A stretch of DNA of 64,000 nucleotides, taken from NCBI GenBank assembly GCA_000004985.1, contig GG738847.1, one strand, 5' to 3'. The position numbers were made by a program, and so were the translations under genes. The notes under the pieces are model-generated. The model saw only the letters and a list, made by a program, of their open reading frames with translations. It ran no database searches and was not told the origin of the DNA. Shown in pieces: positions 42,664 to 52,806 of the stretch. Source of the stretch: Naegleria gruberi (taxonomy: Eukaryota). Positions within the stretch are counted from its first letter, which is position 1. Each line of letters begins with the position of its first letter.

Positions 42664-45569
42664 ATGAGCCTTAATAATTTTGATGAGGCTTTACTTTCCT
42701 CCTCCGAAGAGGAAAGAATGTTGATGGAGAATGGAGAGGATGATTTAGATGTTCCAAAGGAATTATCGATCGATAATATCAGAGGGATGAAAGCTAGTAT
42801 TGAGAAGAATGTTAAAGACCTTGAGGAAGCTCTTGCGGAAGTAACCACATCAAACGAAGAACCAAATCATGAATTGATCAACGAGTTGAATTTAGCCTTA
42901 GTGCAAAGTAACTTGCTCCTGGAAAAAATAGTAATCATTGAAGATGGATACAAAAAGGCTATCAAAACCGATACTCTTCTCTCACAGGAAATAACTGATC
43001 TTGCCGAACAACTAGGCTTTATTGTACCTCTACACTTAACAAAGACAATAGAAGAAATTTCGGAAAGCGTATCACCCAATACACATCTCAACAATGAAGA
43101 AGAAGAAAATGGCTTAGAAGTTAGGGAGGGTGATTACAAGTTTGTTTCATTCGATGAGTTGGAGAAGTATTTGAACGAGCCGTTACTGCCAGAAGATAGG
43201 AATCAAACTCCAAAAGATAACACTCCCCAAAGGGCAGCAGTTTCAAGTACTTCCACACCAAGTACCAATATAGTCCCAATGCAATCACCAAAAATCACTA
43301 AATCATCACCACCACAATCTTCACAACATTCACCAGCAGATTCTTTAGAAGGTGAACCTGTAACACCAATTACATCAAGAGAAAAGGAATTAAGAAAGGA
43401 ATATTTGAAGAACAGTATTAATATGAGTAAGGTTTCCTTCTCCTCCCCAACCTCAACAGCATCAATCTTTTCCACACCAGCTGTTGAGAGGAGTGACAGG
43501 AAAAATTTAGAGGGAGATGAGTATATTGAGATTACACCAATTGTGGAGGAGGAAAATCCAACTCTAACTGAGGAACAGCAACAATTGATTGAAGAACAGG
43601 ATGTTAACAACCTGTTGGAGCAACTAATGATTTACACAAACGGATTGGATGAAGCAAAGAACTCACCTCGAAATAGACCACTTGGTGATTTGATAAAGGA
43701 TATCAAGGAAGAAGAAGGCACTCCTCAGGAGAACATCTCTTCTCCTAGCATCTTTTTGAGACAAGAAGGAAATGCATCCCCTCATTACACTAGAATTACA
43801 CCTAGAGAAACACCAAGAGAACTCCCAAAAGAAATACAAAGAGAACTTCAAAAGGAAGTTGTCAGAGAAATACCAAGAGAAACTCAAAGAGTGGTCGAGA
43901 GTCCACCTAAACTTTCTGCAACCAATTTGGAAAACGAATTCATGAAGAGAGATTTGGAAGATGCAAAGAGTCAAATAAGCGTATTGAAACAGCAAGTTGA
44001 ATTCCTTCAATCCAAGGTGGCTTCAACGGAAGCTGAAAATTCGGATCTTAAAATGACAATTGAAACTCTATACGAAGCAAAGAATCAGTTCGATGCTGAT
44101 ATGCAATCTATCAAAGAAAAAGAGTAAGTTTATCTGGGTTTACAGTTCACTAACTTTTTCATTTCAAAAGAGAAAAGATTAATTTAATTGCCTCTTCTTT
44201 AGGAGACCATATTGAATTTTTGCAAGGAATGGTTGATAAACTGAAAAATGAAAGAGACAATAAGGTAATCAAACAATCAGAACAATTAACAACCATAATA
44301 GAAACACTCATAAGAAAAGAAAACACTCTTCTCGAAACAGTAGTAAACCAAATGGAAAGTGAAATGAATAATAGAAAAGTAGTGTTGGACGAAGAAATGT
44401 TAAAACTTAAAAAGATTGTTGTTGAGTGTCTGGGCGATGAAGACGAAAGTTCTTCCAAAGAAATTAGCAATGAAACTCTTCATGCTCTTCAATCTGAACT
44501 TCAGACAGTTGCTGATGAACTGAGTGAAATCAACTACTTCCCTTCTGACCCTGATGATGATATCGATAATGCTGTGACCAGAACTTTGGAGTCTCTCGAG
44601 TGCCCTGTAACAATAGAGATTGAAAGAATTGGGTATGGAGAATATTACCTTGACAGAAAATTGTATATCAAACTTGGACCTAAGGGAGAACCTCTTGTAA
44701 AGAATGGAAATGGTTTTATCACATTAACATCGTACGTGAAGAGATTGTATGCTCCTTTCTTCACAACTGAAAAGTATATCAAAGAAGAAGAGCAATTAGA
44801 AATAGAGTCACAAGCTCTTCAATCATCCAAATTTGAATCTCTTCTCCAAAAACTTTCCAAGACCAGGGATTACATTAATAACTTACAAACAACCTCAAGA
44901 TCTGGATCTAACTCACCTCCAGCTTCACCTCCAAGAAGATCATCCCCTCTCAGAAACAATACTACTCTAAATCTTTCTCAATTAAATAACAGCAATGAGA
45001 GCCCTAAAGACTCCTCTTCAAAACTCAGCCCAAGAGATGGACCAAAGTTGATTCAAAAGAAAGAGAGGCAAGAGGATGACAACAAGGAAGGAAGACCAAG
45101 CTCTGCTCCTCCAAATACTAGGTACATTAATATTCTCCAAAGAGCAGAAAAGAATAAGAAGCTTTTGCCAATCAAGCCAACCCCACAAGTAAGAAGACCA
45201 CCTCCAAACAGCATGACCTTTGATAGAAGAAATAGTCCACTTCCACCAAATTATGTCATGCATAACAACAACCTCCTTTTTGTAAAACAACCAGCAACCT
45301 ATGAAAAACAACTCTCAAACTATGAGCAAGTTTTGGCTGCTCACCAATCTGTCAAGAAACCAATTGTTCCTCAAAAGTCTGCCTCAACAAATAACAGTAG
45401 AGCATCTTCACCAAGAAATCATCCATCACAGCAGCAACAACAGCCACAAACCATCAAGTCAACAATGTTTGGTTCTATTGATTTGGGTGATCCAAAGCAA
45501 TTGGAAAAATTGAAGAAACAAGCCCTAAGAATGCAAATCCAACAATTTAGTCAAAAACCAATTCATTAA
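42664..45569 (+). CDS. Long coiled-coil protein with a GAR (Gas2-related) microtubule-binding-like domain. Two open blocks 42664..44127 and 44220..45569, probably joined by an intron starting GTAAGT at ~44126
   Basis: Block 1 is acidic and coiled-coil, ends ..QSIKEKE immediately before GTAAGT. Block 2 continues coiled-coil, then CPVTIEIERIGYGEYYLDRKLYIKLGPKGEPLVKNGNGFITLTSYVKR resembles the GAR consensus (ERIG.G.Y......V.VRVGGGW.TLEEYL.K). Then a Ser/Pro/Gln-rich tail. Acceptor position unresolved. Confidence 0.5.
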
Positions 45570-45576
45570 AATTCAT

Positions 45577-46164
45577 TTATTTCATATGTTCATCCATCAA
45601 TTGTCTAATGTCCTTCAATTCATTATGTAAAATTCTAAACTTGTCAGCAGACATTTCAAATCTTTCGTGAGTTGTAATTGATCCATCCTCTTCAGAGTGA
45701 AGAATTTTCAAGTTGAGTTGAACTGTTGGTTCATTCATTGTTTTTAAGGTTGATGATGATAAGACTAAATCTACTCTCCATTTTAATTCCTCAATTTTAG
45801 GCACTGTTAATATTTGGTAAGTTGCATGATAAAATCCAACCACTTACATCTCAAAGTTTTAGTTTTAAAATGCTGTATCAGTTTTTCCTTATAATTTTTA
45901 TATGATCTACACAAAGATTCACTGCTTTCTTTTGGTAAACCGATTTGTTGCAATTCGAGTGACAATTGTTGTTCTTCAACATTGAATCTGGCAGAATTAG
46001 AAATAATATATAAAATAGAAGCAATAGCACTCTTGACTTCCTTAATATCTTTACAAGATCCTTCAGTTCTCTTCAATGCTTTATCATACTATTCCACAAT
46101 CAACAAAATAATTTCGGAAATTAATACATACATCAAATTCTTCTGATTCAATAATTTCCTTCAT
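45577..46164 (-). CDS. COMM-domain protein (COMMD family), ~166 aa. Exons 46132..46164, 45848..46088, 45577..45803
   Basis: C-terminal COMM domain KIEELKWRVDLVLSSSTLKTMNEPTVQLNLKI..FEMSADKFRILHNELKDIRQLMDEH. Introns 46089..46131 (GTATGT..AATAG) and 45804..45847 (GTAAGT..AACAG) keep the reading frame (phase 0 / phase 1). Confidence 0.65.
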
Positions 46165-46672
46165 TACAGCAATTGATAAGAATTTCAATTGAACTGATGA
46201 CTAATAAAAATCCAATTTAATATTCCAATTTAACTGTAAAAACCTACAATATTTGCTAAAATAGCCATATTGGCCAAAAGCCAATCAGGGGCATCCAAAC
46301 CTCCACAAAAGTGAAATCTCTAAGATCGGAATTAATTCTCTCATCAATATTATTTCCAAAGATCAAAACATACCATCCTTCTTTAAATAATTTAATATGG
46401 TACACAAAAGATTTTTTCAACTATCCACACAGTGATGATGGCAAGATTTTAAATCTATTCGTTTTTTTTAAAAAAGAATTATTGAATTTTTAATAATATT
46501 CATAAAATATGAATCATAGCCAAGATACAAGTCAATCCATCGGATCTGATGACAATTACACTATTCACCATCATGGTGGTCATTAACTCTTTCCTATCAT
46601 CACATCATTAGCTATTTCTTAGTTGAAGCACAAAATTTGAAATTTATTGCTTTAAAAAAATATTTTAGAAAA

Positions 46673-47470
46673 ATGTTGCGTGCTGCTCTCACTTCTTCAA
46701 CAAAGGCCCGTCTTTGTTCAAAGAATGTTATTCATTCCTCTCAATTAGTATCATCATCAATTTCCTATACATTCATGAAGAGTTCTAATAACTCTCTTTT
46801 GCTCACGCTGCCATCTAAACAAATAAGGTTCTACGCCGAAGCACAAAGAGAAAAATCACCAAAGAGTAAACATGGAAAGGAATCAAGCTTTAAACGTTTG
46901 TGTAAGTATTAAAATTGTAGCGGAATATGTGATTGTAACAATTTTACCTTCATCACACACATTGGAATTGTCAAAATTATTTCAAATTAATTTTCATACT
47001 ATTATTTACTATCTTTAACAACAACAGCCCACGAGGAATGTGTTCAAGTTTATGACTTTTGGAAGAGCCAAGGAAAACAAATTAATTTTACATTCTATAG
47101 ACAATTCTTGCAACATTGTAATACACTCTGTTGGGACCACCCACAATATGTTGAAAAGGCCCTCTCAATTGCTGAAGACATGAAAAAGGACGGTATTGCT
47201 TGGAATCTTGAAGTTTACTTTATTTTGATCCAATGTTGCATCCGTAGTAAATCACCACAAAATTTAGACAAGGCTTTTGCTCTCCAATCTGAAATGGAAA
47301 AGTCTGGTATTCAATCAACTCAACTTATCTACAATTCACTCATTCGTGGTTGTGCTCTTTTGGATCAAGTGGAAAGAGCCAAGCCAGTTTTTACTGAAAT
47401 GATGAAGTTAAAGGATATTCCACAAGGAATCAAATTTGATGATGTCTATAAGCATCTTAAGGAATTGTAA
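46673..47470 (+). CDS. Pentatricopeptide-repeat (PPR) protein, probably mitochondrial (224 aa). Exons 46673..46901 and 47028..47470
   Basis: N-terminal presequence-like MLRAALTSSTKARL. Exon 2 has PPR-like helical repeats (VYFILIQCCIRSKSPQNLDKAFALQSEMEKSGIQSTQLIYNSLIRGCALLDQVERAKPVFTEMMK). Intron GTAAGT..AACAG with phase-1 join. Confidence 0.55.
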
Positions 47471-47723
47471 ATTGGAATATTTGACAACCAGTATAACTCC
47501 TACTCTAAATTTTTCAAACTAGAAAATGATAAAAAAACTTTATTTAAATTCAATTTATTGGCTATTATCAATTCTTCCCTTAATTGTTGGAAATTTAAAA
47601 TAAAATTCAATCAATTTTAGTAATTTTTAACCTCTCACTTTAGAAAGTCGTTTTTTTATGTTTATTTATTCAAATTGAAAATTAGGTAACAAATCCTCCT
47701 CGAAATATTTAATTTTCTAATAA

Positions 47724-48233
47724 TTATATGTTTTGCGATGATGCAAGTTTAGAAGTTTCTTCGTTCAAAATACTTTGGATGAGCAATTCATCTTCATGAA
47801 CGTTATTGCTCATTATCGTTTGAGATGTAATAGTCTTAGATTCGAGTGTAGCATTATTTTGTGGTGTAAGAAGCATATCTTCTCCTTGGTACATATCCTC
47901 ATGAATTGTTTGTTCTTCGTAAACTTGTCTGAATTGATCCTTTTGTTTGTAGCAAGCCCAACGGAATATTTGTTGGTCCTTTCTCATTTGTTCATTGAGT
48001 TCTTTAACACAAGTTGGTGAGGCATCGAACAACATCATGACCCATCTTCCCTTGAAATGTTTTTCTCTGTGTCTATACATCGGATAGGCAAGAGGTAAAA
48101 TACCCATATTATCAAGACGACGGATTACTCCCTTATTTTCAAAAACAACTTGAGCATTTCTCTTCATGACTTGGGCGACTGTTGGTAGAGCAGCCTTTGG
48201 ATTCACGAGGTACACCAATTCGTACAATGGCAT
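47724..48233 (-). CDS. Mitochondrial ribosomal protein S6 (bS6m) homolog with C-terminal extension
   Basis: MPLYELVYLVNPKA..VIRRLDNMGILPLAYPMYRHREKHFKGRWVMMLFDASPTCVKEL resembles bS6 (MPLYEL.. N-terminus and overall layout). Confidence 0.6.
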   Translation of the reverse strand: MPLYELVYLVNPKAALPTVAQVMKRNAQVVFENKGVIRRLDNMGILPLAYPMYRHREKHFKGRWVMMLFDASPTCVKELNEQMRKDQQIFRWACYKQKDQFRQVYEEQTIHEDMYQGEDMLLTPQNNATLESKTITSQTIMSNNVHEDELLIQSILNEETSKLASSQNI

Positions 48234-48456
48234 GATGTTGTTGGTGATGATGATGAAATATTTTTTTGAATTTAGAAAATAAATAAAAATAAATCATTTT
48301 AAATTAAATTTCAGGCTTCTCTAATAACCTTTCAAATATTAGAAATGAATGACCAAGAAGATGACTGTTTACTTGTTGAAATGAAGTACTTAACATGCTT
48401 ACCGCGGACGAGGATATAAATATTTAAGTAAGTTATTTTAGAAATCTTAATGTAAA

Positions 48457-48528
48457 TCGGGTGTGGTATAGTGGTAGCATTCCAGACTGTCACTCTGGCG
48501 ACCCGGGTTCAATTCCCGGCACTCGAGT
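48457..48528 (+). tRNA. tRNA-Asp (anticodon GTC)
   Basis: TCGGGTGTGGTATAGTGGTAGCATTCCAGACTGTCACTCTGGCGACCCGGGTTCAATTCCCGGCACTCGAG. Anticodon arm CCAGA-CTGTCAC-TCTGG, T-arm CCGGG-TTCAATT-CCCGG. Close to canonical eukaryotic tRNA-Asp. Confidence 0.85.
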
Positions 48529-48743
48529 AGAATTTTTTGTTAAACAATTCAATTATCATTATCATATTACTGGTTTTCATAATTTTGTAATAAACACTAG
48601 TTTATAGATATTTGTGTTTTTATTTTTGATTAAAATTGAGTATTACCTTTTTTAGAAGCCTCTGATTTCTCATGCCAAATGTTGCTCAATAAAAAATATG
48701 TGGTACTGAAAAAGTTTAGCACTGTTTTATAATTTTATTAAAT

Positions 48744-49982
48744 TTACAACAAGTTACAAATAATCAAGGAAATCAAAACAAGCAAGAAGCTAATCAATGA
48801 TTGAGAGCTAGCACCGCTAGTGGCAGCCAAATAATTTGAATTTTCACTAGAACCACTTGAAGGATCCCAAATTACATTTTCAACTCTTTCAGTCAATGAA
48901 ACCCAGAAACGAGCAACAACAGCATTGGAAGCTTCAGACTTATCCTTGATAAATTGTTCATCAGAATTCAAACTACCTTCAATATTTCTGAATGGAGTGT
49001 AAATTAACTTGCCACGAGTAACAACAGTTGGTGAACTAGAAGAATATTTGGAAATAAACTTTTGGAAACTGAAGAATGGTTTTGGAAGAATTGCTTGATT
49101 GCCATCTAATTGAGTATTCAAATCATTATCAAATTGAGAAACAGCTTGATCATCATTGGCATCATCTGGCTTTTCAACAGCTGATGATTCTCTTGTTCCA
49201 GAGCTTGGCTTTAAGGTTTCATTTTCACCTGATGATTTTTCACGTCTTGAACCACGGAATGCAACAATTGTACCCAAAGCAATCAATGAATTAGATTGAG
49301 AATATTGAATATTAGCCAATTCGAAAGAAACCTTCAATGAGGATGGATTCAATACTTGAACAACACCAGCACGAGAGGCAAACTTTGAGCTATCAATTTG
49401 AACAGTGGCAGTTGAAATGACAGCACTCATTCTAACAGTACAGAAATTGGTAATATTAGTTTCAACCAAAGCATGATAAATATATGAATTATCACTGTCG
49501 TTGAGAAGCTTCTTTGATAAATCAACAATCTTCCATGTTTGTTCACGTAAATTGTAAATCTTTACAACAGTGTCATTACCTGGTTGATAACCTTCAACTC
49601 CACTTGTCTCTTGATATTCAATAATTCTATCGACACCAAATGCAGATCCAACTACAATGGCCAACTCACGTTCAATCTTGGTAATTGGTGTGACAATCTT
49701 GATAGCAGTCTTGGCCTTCATGGCAATGAGTGGAAATCTTTCGAGTGAGGCCAGAAATTCCATCTCTGAGAAGGAACCAACAGCAGTGGCATTGAGTCTG
49801 TCCAATGTACACAAGGCCTTGCTGGTAAACTTGATGGTCTTTTCGTTTCTGTCGACTTCAATCTTTCTACGGCAGAATTTGTTGGTTGGGAAGAGTTTTG
49901 GTGTAATGTCGAAGGAGGTTGATTGAGCTGAGAGGAGAGTGGCCAAACAGCTGAGAATTACAATGAGGAATAAGAGTTTCAT
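48744..49982 (-). CDS. Probable GPI-anchored cell-surface protein (412 aa)
   Basis: Signal peptide MKLLFLIVILSCLATLLSA. Ser-rich stalk. C-terminal hydrophobic GPI-signal-like tail ATSGASSQSLISFLLVLISLIICNLL. Multiple N-glyco sequons. Confidence 0.55.
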   Translation of the reverse strand: MKLLFLIVILSCLATLLSAQSTSFDITPKLFPTNKFCRRKIEVDRNEKTIKFTSKALCTLDRLNATAVGSFSEMEFLASLERFPLIAMKAKTAIKIVTPITKIERELAIVVGSAFGVDRIIEYQETSGVEGYQPGNDTVVKIYNLREQTWKIVDLSKKLLNDSDNSYIYHALVETNITNFCTVRMSAVISTATVQIDSSKFASRAGVVQVLNPSSLKVSFELANIQYSQSNSLIALGTIVAFRGSRREKSSGENETLKPSSGTRESSAVEKPDDANDDQAVSQFDNDLNTQLDGNQAILPKPFFSFQKFISKYSSSSPTVVTRGKLIYTPFRNIEGSLNSDEQFIKDKSEASNAVVARFWVSLTERVENVIWDPSSGSSENSNYLAATSGASSQSLISFLLVLISLIICNLL

Positions 49983-50249
49983 ATTGTTTTTTTTTGTTGT
50001 GGAATATTTGTTGTATTGCTGAACATTTTAAAGGATTGTAATGGAGGGCACCTGTCGTTTGTCAATGAGTGAGTTCATGTCATGAACAAGTTGGTTGTTC
50101 TGCAACGATGAACTGCATTGTTGAAACTGGAAGTTAGAATATTCAACACTTAGAGTTCGTGGAAGGAAGAAAGAGTTCACAAGTTTGTTATTTACAATGA
50201 TTACTGTAGTTGATTGACAGGTGTATTAATTTCTTTTGCTTTCTGAATC

Positions 50250-51269
50250 TTAGCACAACATGCATTTTTCCTTTTTGTTTAGAACTGGAGCTTTGATAAG
50301 TTTCGAATAGATAAACGTCTTGACAATCAAATCTTCCAATTCTTCCAGTCCAACAAACTCTCTTGAAGATGTTGTCACATAGCTCACAGCACCCATCCGC
50401 TGAGATAGTTTCTTTCCATACGAATCATACTTTTTACACAAATAACTATTCCAATATTTTCCCAAATGAAAATCTCCTGGTTTTGAATAATCACAAATAT
50501 CAGATTTTGTTCCAACGACCAATACTGATCTGTTGTAATCCAAAAATGGTTGAATTTCTGGAAGAAATCTATCAGAAAAATCCTTCAAACACTTATTCAT
50601 CATTACTGGATTTGATATTGAATAGCACATTATAAAAATGTGACACTTGGATGGTGTATCATAAGAATAAGGAGTGTCTACTAATTGTAAACAATAACCT
50701 TCAATCCTCTTAATATCACACGAATTATAGTAACGGGGAACAGAAAAACCCTCTTCCGAATCATTGTATCTTTCATACCTAAGGTGAAGATAGTAACACA
50801 GAGTGGTCTTTCCAATACCATGTGGCCCAATGAAGCAACATCGAATTGGCTCTGATTCTTTCAGTAAATTTGCATATTCCTCCAATTTGAAATTCTCACA
50901 AAATGTCTCAAAGTTTTCAATTTCTTCCGAATATGAACTCCAAGTGTTTTTGAGTTTTTTAATTTTCTTACATTCTTTCAATTTATATGTTCGATCGACC
51001 GATTCCTTGGTTTCTCTATAAATTTTCATTAGAATTTCTCTAATATTCGTACTTTCTGCACGGAGTTTAATGGGTTCTTCTCTATTGAGCAACTTGCCAT
51101 GAATCGAAAGTTGACAGTCGAGTTGTGTTATTCTTCCTCGCCACATCCAATCACTATTTAAAAGATTGAACCAAATGGTATTGACCAACATAAGTTGGAG
51201 ATGTTCGGAAAATGAAAGAAATTTATCAACGATCGTGATGGTATCCAGTGGCAAGAGATTTAATGACAT
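50250..51269 (-). CDS. F-box-like N-terminus fused to a divergent Ras-superfamily small GTPase domain with C-terminal CaaX-like CMLC
   Basis: aaaaATG start. N-terminal LPLDTITIVDKFLSFSEHLQLMLVNTIWFNLL (F-box-like). P-loop CFIGPHGIGKTTL (G1), LQLVDTPYS (G3-like DTxY, missing GQ), VVGTKSDI (G4 [NT]KxD), TTSSRE (G5-like). Ends ..KEKCMLC. Confidence 0.5.
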   Translation of the reverse strand: MSLNLLPLDTITIVDKFLSFSEHLQLMLVNTIWFNLLNSDWMWRGRITQLDCQLSIHGKLLNREEPIKLRAESTNIREILMKIYRETKESVDRTYKLKECKKIKKLKNTWSSYSEEIENFETFCENFKLEEYANLLKESEPIRCCFIGPHGIGKTTLCYYLHLRYERYNDSEEGFSVPRYYNSCDIKRIEGYCLQLVDTPYSYDTPSKCHIFIMCYSISNPVMMNKCLKDFSDRFLPEIQPFLDYNRSVLVVGTKSDICDYSKPGDFHLGKYWNSYLCKKYDSYGKKLSQRMGAVSYVTTSSREFVGLEELEDLIVKTFIYSKLIKAPVLNKKEKCMLC

Positions 51270-51312
51270 TTTTTGATATTATTGAAGAAAATAAAGATGG
51301 TTAAAAAACAGT

Positions 51313-51366
51313 CCGATGAGACGGAATCGAACCGCCGACCACAGGATGACAGTTGTTCTTGCTACA
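51313..51366 (-). pseudogene. tRNA-Tyr(GTA)-like 3' fragment (anticodon loop to 3' end), followed by an oligo-T Pol III terminator; no 5' half found
   Basis: Minus strand GGACTGTAG-caagaacaactgtc-ATCCTGTGGTCGGCGGTTCGATTCCGTCTCATCGGA matches eukaryotic tRNA-Tyr from the anticodon loop onward (GGACTGTAGATCCTTAGGTCGCTGGTTCGATTCCGGCTCGAAGGA), with a 14-nt intron-like insert after position 37 and TTTTTT downstream. The complementary 5' acceptor CCGATGA and D-arm are absent upstream. Confidence 0.4.
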
Positions 51367-51471
51367 GTCCACTTTTATTGTCAAGAAATCTGTAGGTAGA
51401 GAAGGAAGCCAGGTAAAAAAATAATGAAATGGAATAACAAGAACCCTTCAAAATATGCAACAAACACAATA

Positions 51472-51521
51472 NNNNNNNNNNNNNNNNNNNNNNNNNNNNN
51501 NNNNNNNNNNNNNNNNNNNNN
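51472..51521. other. 50-N scaffold gap
   Basis: Exactly 50 n characters. Confidence 0.99.
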
Positions 51522-52806
51522 GACAGTAAAATCCTGTACATTACAATGAAAAATAATTAACTTCTGACCCCTCTTCATTGTTCCTTGAAATTCAACTTGA
51601 TATTGAACTTTAACACTTGACAATATCAACTTCCAACTTCCCAAGCAAGCTCTACAAAAAAAATGTCTCAAAACCTTCTCACGGCTGCCACTACCATGAA
51701 CAATCACGAAGAAGAGCTTGAAGTTCCAGGCTTTTCATGGATTATAGAATCGGAATTGGCTGGTATGAAATTTCCATCCCTTCCCGAACATTACAAAAAT
51801 TTAAATCATCATCACATTGGTTTGGTGATTTGTGTGAATGAGAGGGTAGCTTCCTTTGTTGAACAATTACCTCATTCAGAATATTTTAATTTAATTTCTA
51901 AAAAATTACAAAAAATAGAAAATTGTGAAGAATTTACTTATAATGTTGGAAAATTGAATATTGCTCATTTTCCTATTAATGATTATGGAGTTCCTAATAT
52001 GGAATTAATGAATGAAATGATAAAATTGGTAGAATATGTGAGAAAGGTGGATTCGAACAGGGGAATTGTTGTGCATTGCATGGCTGGACTTTCTAGGACT
52101 GGAATGATTCTGGCATGTTTGTTGGTGAGAGTATGGAAAATGACATTTGAGGAGTCAATCAAGTTGGTCAATCAGAAGAGAGGAAGAAATGGTAGAGGAG
52201 TAATGACTAGCAAGCAAGAAGCATTTGTGGAAGATTTTTCAAAGACTATTCCTAATATTCAATAAGATTACTATTTTTAAATACTATTTCGAATCTTACT
52301 AATTAAGAGCTAAAAATTTACTTCTTGAATGCGTCGACCGGGAATTGAAATTTCCTTTTTTGGAATTCATTTAACTTTTAATTTTATGATGAAATTATGA
52401 ATGTTTTATTTTAATATTATTCATGATGTGAAACATCATGTTGAATTCTGTTCATAATATTTAATTCATGATGTGAAACATCATGTTGAATTATTAACAA
52501 ATGTTGTTCTTCAATTTTTAATTGAATGTTGTTCTTTCATTGAATGTTGGAAATATTGGAAAGTTGGAAATAAAAGTTGGAAGTTAGGTAACGGGTTATG
52601 GAATTACCTAATGTGGAAATTGAATTCAATTTTGAAATTGAATTAATACAATGTTTTTTAAATTATTATTATTTAAATGTATTTCACACATTAATTTTGA
52701 TAATGTAATATTAAAGATATTGATAATTGGGTATAGGGAAACGGAATTTCCTAATTGGGAGTCATCACACAATAAATTAAATTTATTATTTATTCATTGA
52801 TGATGT
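51522..52806. repeat. Exact duplicate of 10418..11706 (offset 41104), bounded by N gaps
   Basis: Includes the DUSP23-like CDS and the left junction of the insertion element. Identity appears 100% over 1285 bp. The ORF track shows identical proteins at 10559..11161 and 51663..52265. Confidence 0.9.
51663..52265 (+). CDS. Second copy of the DUSP23-like phosphatase CDS (identical to 10559..11161)
   Basis: Identical 200-aa translation; lies within the gap-bounded duplicate block. Confidence 0.6.
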   Translation: MSQNLLTAATTMNNHEEELEVPGFSWIIESELAGMKFPSLPEHYKNLNHHHIGLVICVNERVASFVEQLPHSEYFNLISKKLQKIENCEEFTYNVGKLNIAHFPINDYGVPNMELMNEMIKLVEYVRKVDSNRGIVVHCMAGLSRTGMILACLLVRVWKMTFEESIKLVNQKRGRNGRGVMTSKQEAFVEDFSKTIPNIQ

